Position numbers and translations under genes: made by a program | DNA from: an uncultured Clostridia bacterium | Lineage (GTDB): Bacteria > Bacillota > Clostridia > Christensenellales > UBA1750 | Assembly (NCBI GenBank): GCA_944383925.1 | Contig: CALWRM010000061.1 | Location: forward strand, 1,432 to 65,431 | DNA: 64,000 bases | Direction: 5' to 3' | Notes under the pieces: model-generated | What the model was told of the DNA's origin: nothing | The model's database searches: none | Seen by the model: only the letters and a program-made list of their open reading frames with translations | In this document: positions 48,449 to 55,378 of the stretch, piece by piece | How positions within the stretch are numbered: the stretch's first letter is position 1 | Layout of the letters: each line of letters starts with the position of its first letter

Positions 48449-48602
48449 CACCTTTGGCCGCCGAAACGACAAATCTTAACGCGAATGTATGGATTTTCCG
48501 GAAACCTTCTCCCCTCCGGCCTCGTTATTTACAAATTAGAAATCGAAAAGGCGAACGTTCACAGCTTGGCAACAATTTGCCCGCAGCGCGGCGGGCCGGG
48601 TT

Positions 48603-49469
48603 TTAGGACGCGGGGATCTCCAACCCCCGCAGCCGCGCGTAGCCCTCCAAGTTGTCGTGGGTGCTGGCCAGCACCCGCTCGGTTCCAAGGGCCTCCATGG
48701 CCGCCAGCAACACCAGGGCCCCCTGGTGGATGATCTGGGCGCGGCTTTGGCTGATGCCGGGCAGCCGGGCCCGCTGCTCCGCCGTCAGGGACCAGAGCGT
48801 CTCCACGCTTTGGCGCACGGCCTTAAGCGTCAGGGGATGGCCGTCCACCTTGGCGGCCTCGTAGCGCCAAAGGCCCAGGTCGTAGGCCGCCAGGGAGGTG
48901 ATGGTGCCCCCGACGCCGGCCATCTCCCCCTCCCGCCAGCCCCGCAGGCCCTCCGCCTCCAGGCAGGCGCGGGCGTGCGCCAGCGCGCCGTCCCTGTTGT
49001 CGCCGTACAGGGTTTGCAGGCGCACGGCGCCCAGTTGCAGGCTCGCGCTGCGCTCCAGCCGGCCGCCGCTTCCGGCGGCCAGCTCCGTGGAGTTGCCCCC
49101 GATGTCGATCACCGCGCCGCTGCCGCCGCGCACGGCGCCCAGGTAGGCGGCCAGGGCCTCCTCCTTGCCGGAGAGCACGTCGATCTCCACCCCACAGCCG
49201 GCCTTCACCCTCTCCAGCAGCGCCCCGGCGTTCTCCGCGTCCCGCACGGCCGAGGTGGCGAAGGCGTACAGGGGCAGGCCCGCCTCCCGGGCCCTGTTTG
49301 CAAAGCCGGCGATGGCCTGCGCCGTGCGCTCCATCGCCCCTTCCGTCAGCCGGCCGTGGGCGGCTCCCTCGCCCAGCCGGGTGGTTTCCAGCAGCTGCTC
49401 CCGGCCGTCCTCCCGCCAGAGCAGCAGGCGCACCGAATTGGACCCTATGTCCATCACCGCAACGCCCAT
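48603..49469 (-). CDS. Ppx/GppA-family phosphatase (short, 288 aa)
   Basis: C-terminal 288 codons of the 757-aa ORF: MGVAVMDIGSNSVRLLL, AFATSAVRDAEN, IDIGGNSTEL. AAGGAGG upstream. Confidence 0.85.
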   Translation of the reverse strand: MGVAVMDIGSNSVRLLLWREDGREQLLETTRLGEGAAHGRLTEGAMERTAQAIAGFANRAREAGLPLYAFATSAVRDAENAGALLERVKAGCGVEIDVLSGKEEALAAYLGAVRGGSGAVIDIGGNSTELAAGSGGRLERSASLQLGAVRLQTLYGDNRDGALAHARACLEAEGLRGWREGEMAGVGGTITSLAAYDLGLWRYEAAKVDGHPLTLKAVRQSVETLWSLTAEQRARLPGISQSRAQIIHQGALVLLAAMEALGTERVLASTHDNLEGYARLRGLEIPAS

Positions 49470-49549
49470 GCGCGCTTGCCTCCTTTTTCCCTGCGCCACT
49501 TCCAGCGGCGCGCCAAGGCGGTCGCCGCCAAAGAAAAGGGCGGGGACGT

Positions 49550-49837
49550 TCACTCGTCCTCCGCCTCGATGAACTTGATCTCGCCTTCCTTGACAAAGCC
49601 CAGCTCCTCCCGGGCGACGCGCTCGATGTAGGCGTCGCTGGAGGCGTTTTCCAAATCGCCCTCCAAGGCGGCCTGTTGCAGCTTCAGCTCGTCCAGCTCC
49701 TGTTGCAGCTGGGCGTTTTCCTGGCCGATCTGCCGCATGCGAAACTCCTGCCGGACGTAGTTGACCACAAAATAGCCGAGCACCAGCACGGCCACGCACA
49801 GGCCGAGGATCCATTTGTGCTTTTTCTTCATGTTCAT
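49550..49837 (-). CDS. divIC: septum formation initiator (DivIC/FtsB family)
   Basis: MNMKKKHKWILGLCVAVLVLGYFVV (TM), then a coiled coil QLQQELDELKLQQAALEGDL and ERVAREELGFVKEGEI. GGAGGTGG lies 6 nt upstream. Confidence 0.8.
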   Translation of the reverse strand: MNMKKKHKWILGLCVAVLVLGYFVVNYVRQEFRMRQIGQENAQLQQELDELKLQQAALEGDLENASSDAYIERVAREELGFVKEGEIKFIEAEDE

Positions 49838-50014
49838 GGCGCGCCACCTCCGCATCCACCATCATAGCAAGGCCCAGGCCGCTTGTCAACGCCGGGGGCG
49901 CCCAAAGGCGAGGGGCTTTTTTACAGGACCGGCCTTGACAGACAGGGCGCCAAGCTGCTACCTTGTCCGCACAACGCCCGCGGCCAGCGCCGCCGGCGGA
50001 AGGGAGCGAACCAT

Positions 50015-50548
50015 ATGGGTATGGGCATCCTGGTATGCGGCCTAAACGGCGCCGGAAAGAGCACCTTGGGAAGGGCCCTGGCGGAAAGGCTGGGCTTTTA
50101 CTTTCTCGACGTCGAGGACCTCTTTTTTCCCAAGACCGACCCCTCCTACCTGTACGCCTCCCCTCGCACGAAAAGCGAGGTGGAGCGCCTGCTGCTTCTG
50201 GAGATACAGGCCCATGAAAACTTCGTCTTTTCCAGCGTAACGGGCAAGTACGGGGACGCCGTCCTTCCTTATTTCCAATACGCCGTGTTGATCGACGTTC
50301 CCAAGGAGATCCGCATGCAGCGGGTGCGGGAGCGTTCCTTTCGCAAATTCGGCTCCCGCATGCTGCCCGGGGGCGACCTCTACGAGGAGGAACGCCGCTT
50401 CCTGGACGAGGTCGCGTCCAAGCCGGAGGACCTGGTGGAAAGCTGGGCGCAATGCCTGCGCTGCCCCCTCCTGCGCGTGGACGGGACAAGGCCCGTGGAA
50501 GCCATTTTGGACTTTCTCCTTCGCCAGATCGGTTCATGTCCGCCGTAG
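50015..50548 (+). CDS. P-loop kinase-like protein (AAA_17/shikimate-kinase-like)
   Basis: Trimmed to MGMGILVCGLNGAGKSTLGRALAERLGFYFLDVEDL. GGAAGGGAG upstream. Confidence 0.7.
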   Translation: MGMGILVCGLNGAGKSTLGRALAERLGFYFLDVEDLFFPKTDPSYLYASPRTKSEVERLLLLEIQAHENFVFSSVTGKYGDAVLPYFQYAVLIDVPKEIRMQRVRERSFRKFGSRMLPGGDLYEEERRFLDEVASKPEDLVESWAQCLRCPLLRVDGTRPVEAILDFLLRQIGSCPP

Positions 50549-50582
50549 GGCAAGCGCCCACCTGCCGCACGTCCACGTCCAA

Positions 50583-50622
50583 GGCGCCGTTGGAAGCAAA
50601 GCCTCCAACGGCGCCTTTTTGT
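50583..50622 (+). terminator. intrinsic terminator of the P-loop kinase gene
   Basis: GGCGCCGTTGGA-loop-TCCAACGGCGCC followed by TTTTTGT. Confidence 0.7.
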
Positions 50623-50694
50623 CCGCCCTCTCCCCGCCGTCCGCAAAAGGGCCTGTCCCCTTCCCGCTTTAGCCCGGGAGGCGTCCCGTTCGCC

Positions 50695-51048
50695 CTAGCG
50701 GAACAGGGTGCGCAGCGCCCGGCTCTGCGCCAGCTTGCCAAGCCTGCGGCCAAGGCGCAGGCAGATCCACTCCAGCGCCTTGGAGAGCGACAGCAGATAC
50801 AGGCACCAGCCGACGCCCATGCCCAGCACCGTATAGGCCTGCAGGTCCCCTCCGTTGCAGCGGTACACGGCCCCAAAGGCCGCCAGCGCCGCCCCGCAGA
50901 AAAAAAGCCCCTCCAGCCCGTAGCGGACGGCCTTGGCCTTGAACAGCGCCATGAGCAGGCGCACGCCGTCGTGGGCCAGGCCGAGCAGCGCGCCCAAAGC
51001 CACGGTCACCAGAAAGATCCGGGCCTGACCGGCCGTTGCAAACAGCAC
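50695..51048 (-). CDS. yabQ: spore cortex biosynthesis protein YabQ
   Basis: 117 aa, 3-4 TM spans. Position directly after yabP and before divIC matches the conserved yabP-yabQ-divIC order. GTG start. Confidence 0.75.
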   Translation of the reverse strand: MLFATAGQARIFLVTVALGALLGLAHDGVRLLMALFKAKAVRYGLEGLFFCGAALAAFGAVYRCNGGDLQAYTVLGMGVGWCLYLLSLSKALEWICLRLGRRLGKLAQSRALRTLFR

Positions 51049-51078
51049 GCGCCCCTCCCCCTTTCCATCCCGAACAGC

Positions 51079-51381
51079 CTATTTGAACATCTTGCCGAAC
51101 AGGCCCGGCTTCTTCCCCTGCTTGGCGCCGTCCATGTATTCCACGGCGATCACCCGGCCCTCCACCACCAGCTGGCCGTCCTCCAGGTTGAGGCGGGAAA
51201 TGTGCAGCTCCTCGCCGCTGAGCAGCAGCACGCCCTGGTCGGTGAGCATGACCACCTCGTCCTCGTTAAAGCTCTCCACGTCCGTCACGCCGGTGAAGCT
51301 GGCCCGTTCCCGGTTTTCCAGGGAAACCATGTGCGCCCGCTGGCGCAATGTCTTGAGCTCTTCCTTTTCGCGCAGCATCAT
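51079..51381 (-). CDS. yabP: sporulation protein YabP
   Basis: C-terminal 100 codons of ORF 51079..52755: HMVSLENRERASFTGVTDVESFNEDEVVMLTDQGVLLLSGEELHISRLNLEDGQLVVEG. GAGGGAGGA upstream. Confidence 0.88.
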   Translation of the reverse strand: MMLREKEELKTLRQRAHMVSLENRERASFTGVTDVESFNEDEVVMLTDQGVLLLSGEELHISRLNLEDGQLVVEGRVIAVEYMDGAKQGKKPGLFGKMFK

Positions 51382-51499
51382 CTGGATATGTCCTCCCTCT
51401 TTTCCGTTTCCTCCACGGCCCACGGGCCCGAAGGCGCTTTGGCCGCCTGATAGGACATGTGTATGCGCCCCTTCGGCCCGCCAGAACCGGACCCCGAGG

Positions 51500-51930
51500 T
51501 CCCCCTCCCTCGCCCCGCCGCAAAAGCGCCGACCTTCCTTTCCCTCCCGGAAAACAGGCCCGCAGGGGCTTCCCGCCGGGCAAGCCGCGCGCTTCCACCT
51601 GTCCCACCGCAAGAAGGCCCGGGAATTCGCCCGCCCGGCAGGCCGCGCGCTTCCCCCCGTACGCCGCAAAAAGACCCTGGAATTCGCCTGCCCGGCAGGC
51701 TGCATGCTTCTCCCCGTACGCCGCAAAAAGGCCCTGGAATTCGCCTGCCCGGCAGGCCGCGCGCTTTCCCTCGCAATCCGCAAAAAGGCCAGTCCTTCCC
51801 TTTCTTCCCAAAAACAGGCCCACAGGGGCTTTCCCACCCGGCAGGCCGAGCGCTTCCTCCCGTACGCCGCAAAAAGGCCCGGGAATTCGCCTGCCCGGCA
51901 GGCCGCGCGCTTTCCCCGCTCGCCGCAAAA
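51500..51930. repeat. tandem array D: 57-bp and 88-bp units (order L S S S L S)
   Basis: CCGCAA(A/G)AA recurs at 51519, 51607, 51664, 51721, 51778, 51866 and 51923. Short units carry GGCCC(G/T)GGAATTCGCCTGCCCGGCAGGCCGCGCGC, with GAATTC at 51623, 51680, 51737 and 51883. Confidence 0.8.
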
Positions 51931-51965
51931 AGGCCCGCCCTTCCGCTTGCGCGGAGGGGCGGGCC
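51925..51965 (-). terminator. intrinsic terminator of the isomerase-like gene
   Basis: Minus strand GGCCCGCCC-loop-GGGCGGGCC followed by TTTTTGCGG. Confidence 0.7.
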
Positions 51966-52016
51966 TTTGGGAGCTTCCCTTGCCCTGCGACGGGCCAAAG
52001 GGCGCGTGGTTTTCGT

Positions 52017-53501
52017 TTAGGCGAAGGGGTTTTCGTCCTTGTACAGCATGCCCTTGGGCTGGTTGAAGGCCACGTCCTGCACGCCCAGCAGCTTCATGGC
52101 CGCAAACAGGGCCTTGCCCACGTGGCCAAAGGCCACGCCGCCGTGGTGGGGATAATGCTTGGCCACCAACACGTGGCGGTAGAAGCGGGCCATCTCGTCG
52201 ATGGCAAAGACGCCGATGCCGCCGAACGACTTGGTCTCCACGGGCAGCACCTCGCCCTGGGCGATGTAGCTTTGCAGCTTGGCGTCGGCGGTGGACTGCA
52301 GGCGGAAGAAGGTGATGGGGCCGTCGATGATGTCGCCCTCCAGGGTGCCGCGGGTGATGTCGGGCTCGGTGTCGGGCTCCAGGGAGCGCTTCATGATCTT
52401 CTGGTACTTCATCTCCGGCTTCTTCAGATAGCAGGCGGGGGTGTTGCCGCAGTGGAAGCCCATGAAGGTCTCGTTGAGGGCATAGTCGTACTTGCCGGCG
52501 ATGTGCTCGGCGTACATGTCCTCGGGCACGGTGTTGTTGATGTCCAGGATGGTGGGGGCCGCGCCGGTGACGCAGCTGATGATGAACTCGGTCACGGCGC
52601 CGTAAATATCCACCTCGCAGGAGACGGGGATGAGCTTGGCGGCCATGCGGGAGTTGACATAACAGGGCACGAAGCCGAACTCCGTCTGGAAGGCGGACCA
52701 GCACTTGTTGGCAAACACGCAATACTTGGCGGCGCCCAGGTTCTGCTCGCGCCAATCCAGCAGCGTCAGCTCATACTGGGCCAAGCGGGGCAAAATGCCG
52801 GGCATCTTGTTGCCCTGGCCCAGCTCCTTTTCCATCTCGGCCACGACGGAGGGGATGCGCGCGTCGCCCGCGTGGGCCTTGTAGGCGGCAAACAGGTCCA
52901 GCTCGGAGTTTTCCTGGATGTTGATGCCCAGGTCGAACAGGGGCTTGATGGGCGCGTTGCAGGCCAGGAAGTCGTAGGGCCTGGGGCCGAAGGAGAAGAC
53001 CTTGAGGTTGGACAGGCCGATGCGCACCGCCGCGATGGGCACAAACTCGGCGATCATGGCCGCCACCTCGTCGTAGGTGCCCACGGGGTACTCGGGGATG
53101 TAGACCCGCATGCCCTTTAGGCCGATGGAGTAGCTGGCGTTGAGCATGCCGCAATAGGCGTCGCCGCGGCTGGAGGCCAGCACGTCGGTGTCCTCCTCGG
53201 CGGCGGCCACGAACATGCTGGGGCCCTGGAAGCGCTGGGCCAGCATGGTCTCGGGGCCCTCGGGGCCGAAGTTGCCCAAGAACACCACCAGCGCGTTGCA
53301 GCCGGCAGCCTTGAGCTCCTCCTCGGCCTTGAGCACGTCCGCCTCGTTCTCAATGATGGTCTGCGCCATGAAGATCTCCCCGCCGGCGGCCCGGTACGCC
53401 TCCACGACGGCGTCGCGGCGGGTGCGGGAAAGCTCGATGGGGAAGCAGTCGCGGCTGGTGGCCACCAGGCCCAGCGCAACCTTGGGGATGTTCTCAAACA
53501 T
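52017..53501 (-). CDS. L-fucose/L-arabinose isomerase family protein
   Basis: 494 aa. N-terminal GLVATSRDCFP...VVFLGNFGPEG layout and length fit the FucI-like (COG2407) family. Confidence 0.8.
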   Translation of the reverse strand: MFENIPKVALGLVATSRDCFPIELSRTRRDAVVEAYRAAGGEIFMAQTIIENEADVLKAEEELKAAGCNALVVFLGNFGPEGPETMLAQRFQGPSMFVAAAEEDTDVLASSRGDAYCGMLNASYSIGLKGMRVYIPEYPVGTYDEVAAMIAEFVPIAAVRIGLSNLKVFSFGPRPYDFLACNAPIKPLFDLGINIQENSELDLFAAYKAHAGDARIPSVVAEMEKELGQGNKMPGILPRLAQYELTLLDWREQNLGAAKYCVFANKCWSAFQTEFGFVPCYVNSRMAAKLIPVSCEVDIYGAVTEFIISCVTGAAPTILDINNTVPEDMYAEHIAGKYDYALNETFMGFHCGNTPACYLKKPEMKYQKIMKRSLEPDTEPDITRGTLEGDIIDGPITFFRLQSTADAKLQSYIAQGEVLPVETKSFGGIGVFAIDEMARFYRHVLVAKHYPHHGGVAFGHVGKALFAAMKLLGVQDVAFNQPKGMLYKDENPFA

Positions 53502-53752
53502 GGGTTTCGCACCTCCGATGCTTTTCTAGTCGTTTTGATTTTACCATAGTTATCTGGGAGATGGAAGGCCCTTTTTCCCCGGATTTCGGGGCAAACCTAC
53601 GCAATATTTGGGAGTATTTATGCCAATTTGCAGCTCTTTGGACCGTCCGGGCTTTCTGGAAAAAGAAGTTTGTTTCGCAAAGCATATTGCATTTTATCAC
53701 AAACCATTGTAAACTAAAATAAATCCGCAAAACAGTCTATGGGAGGCCAGGT

Positions 53753-54202
53753 ATGCTTCAATCCTCTCTGTTGGCCCTTTCCGGCGTCTACCACATCAAG
53801 GAACGCATCTTTTCCAGGCTGCTGCGCGCCAACGGGTTGGAAAACATGAGCCCCGCCCAGACGCGCATCCTCATGGCCCTTTGGATACAGGATGACGTGC
53901 CCGTCCGCCACCTGGCCCAGCTCACCTCGCTGGATAAGTCCACCCTGTCGCTTTCCCTTTCGCGCATGGAGCAAAACGGCGTCATCCTGCGCGGGGGCGA
54001 TCCGGTGGACAGGCGCGTGGTGCGCGTCAAGCTCACCGAGCTTGGCCGCAGCTACCGCTCCTCCTGCGACCAGGCCATGAAGGAGCTCGCCGACATCCTT
54101 TACGACCAAATCCCCCCCGACGAGCTGGAGATGTTCCTGTCGGTGTTGCGCCGCATTTTCGAAAATATCTCCCACCAGGAGGACCTCCTGGGCTCGGATT
54201 GA
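53753..54202 (+). CDS. MarR family transcriptional regulator
   Basis: 149 aa. Winged helix LTSLDKSTLSLSLSRMEQNGVILRGGDPVDRRVVRVKLT. GGGAGG lies 6 nt upstream. Confidence 0.88.
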   Translation: MLQSSLLALSGVYHIKERIFSRLLRANGLENMSPAQTRILMALWIQDDVPVRHLAQLTSLDKSTLSLSLSRMEQNGVILRGGDPVDRRVVRVKLTELGRSYRSSCDQAMKELADILYDQIPPDELEMFLSVLRRIFENISHQEDLLGSD

Positions 54203-54214
54203 CGCCCTGCCCCC

Positions 54215-54243
54215 TTGACAAGGCCGCCGGACCCTGGTATATT
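54215..54243 (+). promoter_or_regulatory. near-consensus sigma-A promoter
   Basis: TTGACA (54215-54220), a 17-nt spacer, then TATATT (54238-54243), starting 13 nt after the marR stop. Confidence 0.65.
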
Positions 54244-54249
54244 CCTGGC

Positions 54250-54595
54250 TGGAGATTCGCCGATTCCCTTCGTCCCAACCATTTTATCGGAGGTACTTGC
54301 ATGTCGGCCCGTGTGTTCACCCGCTGAGCAACCGAATAGGTTCCCCGCGTTTTCCAAACCAAACGCCAACCAACCTTGACCAAAGGCCAGGGCTTGTTGG
54401 GGTTTGCCCGCGCCGGTGGCGCCGGGAGGAAGGCAAGGGCATGGTGGACACTTCAAAAGCTCCTGAACCGTTTTGCACCCGCGCGTATCGCCTCGCCCCC
54501 GCGGCAGGCTTCTCCAGAGGCGCGAGGCAACAAACGAAGCACGCGCTCGGCGCGCCGCAGGCATTTTGAATGCCCAGCGGCTTTTTTATTTTCTC
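54250..54595 (+). ncRNA. candidate structured RNA or leader of about 340 nt, with an 8-codon ORF; family unknown
   Basis: Bounded by the promoter above and by the terminator GCCGC-A-GGCAT-TTTGA-ATGCC-CA-GCGGC plus TTTTTTATTTT (54554-54595). GGAGG lies 7 nt before ATG 54301, giving MSARVFTR-stop (54301-54327). The interior is GC-rich with several local hairpins. Confidence 0.4.
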
Positions 54596-54623
54596 TTGAA
54601 TGGTCAAGTCAAGGGCAAATGCG

Positions 54624-54677
54624 CCGTCCATCCCCGCCGCCCCCTCCGGGACCACGAAGGGATGGGCGGCTTTTCTT
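54624..54677 (+). terminator. second terminator-like hairpin upstream of the GNAT gene
   Basis: CCGTCCATCCC-24 nt-GGGATGGGCGG (one G-T pair) followed by CTTTTCTT. Confidence 0.45.
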
Positions 54678-54799
54678 CCGCAAAAAACGGCCTGCGGCTC
54701 CAACGCATTAAGAAAGCGGGCGCCCATTTGCCGCAAACAGGCGCCCCAAACGTCCAGAACAACCGCCAAGAGACCCCATAGAAAGAGAGGAAGCGCACC

Positions 54800-55348
54800 A
54801 TGACCCAACGCAGCTATCGCTCCATCACCGCCGACCACCTGCTCGATTCCCTGGACCTGGTACAATCCGTCTTTACCGCCCACAAGGACGCCCGGGAGGG
54901 CGAACTGGTGCGCAGCCTGGTGGAGGAGATTCGCTTAAGCCAAAACCACCTGCCCGACCTGGAGCTCATCGCCCTCGACGAGGCGGACCGGGTCGTCGGC
55001 TACGCCATGTTCTCCCGCCTCCAGCTGGAGGGCCGCTATGGCGACGAGCTGCTGATGCTCAGCCCCGTGGCCGTCCAAACGGAGCTGCAGCGCCAGCACA
55101 TCTCCAAGGAACTTCTGGAGTACGGCTTTGCCCGCGCCGCGCAGCTGGGCTTTGGCGCGGTGCTGGTGGAGGGCAACCCCGCCAACTACCGCGCCCGCGG
55201 CTTCGTCACCGCCGCCCCGCACGGCATCTTGCCGGGCAAGACCGTGCACCTTCCCCACATCGACTGCCTCATGGTCAAGGAGCTTCGGCCAGGCGCCCTG
55301 GCCCGCATCCACGGCGTCGTGGAATATCCTTATCGAGCGCTGCAATAG
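54800..55348 (+). CDS. GNAT family N-acetyltransferase
   Basis: 182 aa. VVGYAMFSRL...LSPVAVQTELQRQHISKELLEYGFARAAQLGFGAVLVEG (acetyl-CoA-binding core). Confidence 0.85.
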   Translation: MTQRSYRSITADHLLDSLDLVQSVFTAHKDAREGELVRSLVEEIRLSQNHLPDLELIALDEADRVVGYAMFSRLQLEGRYGDELLMLSPVAVQTELQRQHISKELLEYGFARAAQLGFGAVLVEGNPANYRARGFVTAAPHGILPGKTVHLPHIDCLMVKELRPGALARIHGVVEYPYRALQ

Positions 55349-55378
55349 GCCCCGTCCCCCGAAAGGAGAATCCACCCG

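Noticed and set aside
48372-48602. Purine riboswitch upstream of the NCS2 purine permease.
   Set aside because: A TTGAAC-17-TATAGT promoter leaves a UTR of only about 45 nt. The region lacks the conserved purine-aptamer junction sequences (UAUAAU...GUUUCUACC...CCGUAAA...GACUA), and only a loose resemblance (GUUUCCUUACCGC) is visible.
48603-50876. 757-aa ORF suggesting a giant protein.
   Set aside because: Only the last 288 codons (Ppx/GppA-like, with their own AAGGAGG-ATG at 49469) look real. The upstream part runs through the divIC frame region and antisense to the P-loop kinase gene, and reads as Arg/Pro/Gly filler.
54250-54595. Tried to read this transcript as SRP RNA, RNase P RNA, tmRNA, a T-box, or a cobalamin, TPP, lysine or glycine riboswitch.
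   Set aside because: CCGGGAGGAAGGCAAGGGC only loosely resembles the SRP helix-8 GGAAGCAGCC motif. There is no GAGGAAAGUCC (RNase P), no tag ORF or CCA end (tmRNA), no GGGUGGUACCGCG (T-box), no GCCACUG B12 box and no CUGAGA...CCUGAUC (TPP). It is kept as an unassigned candidate.
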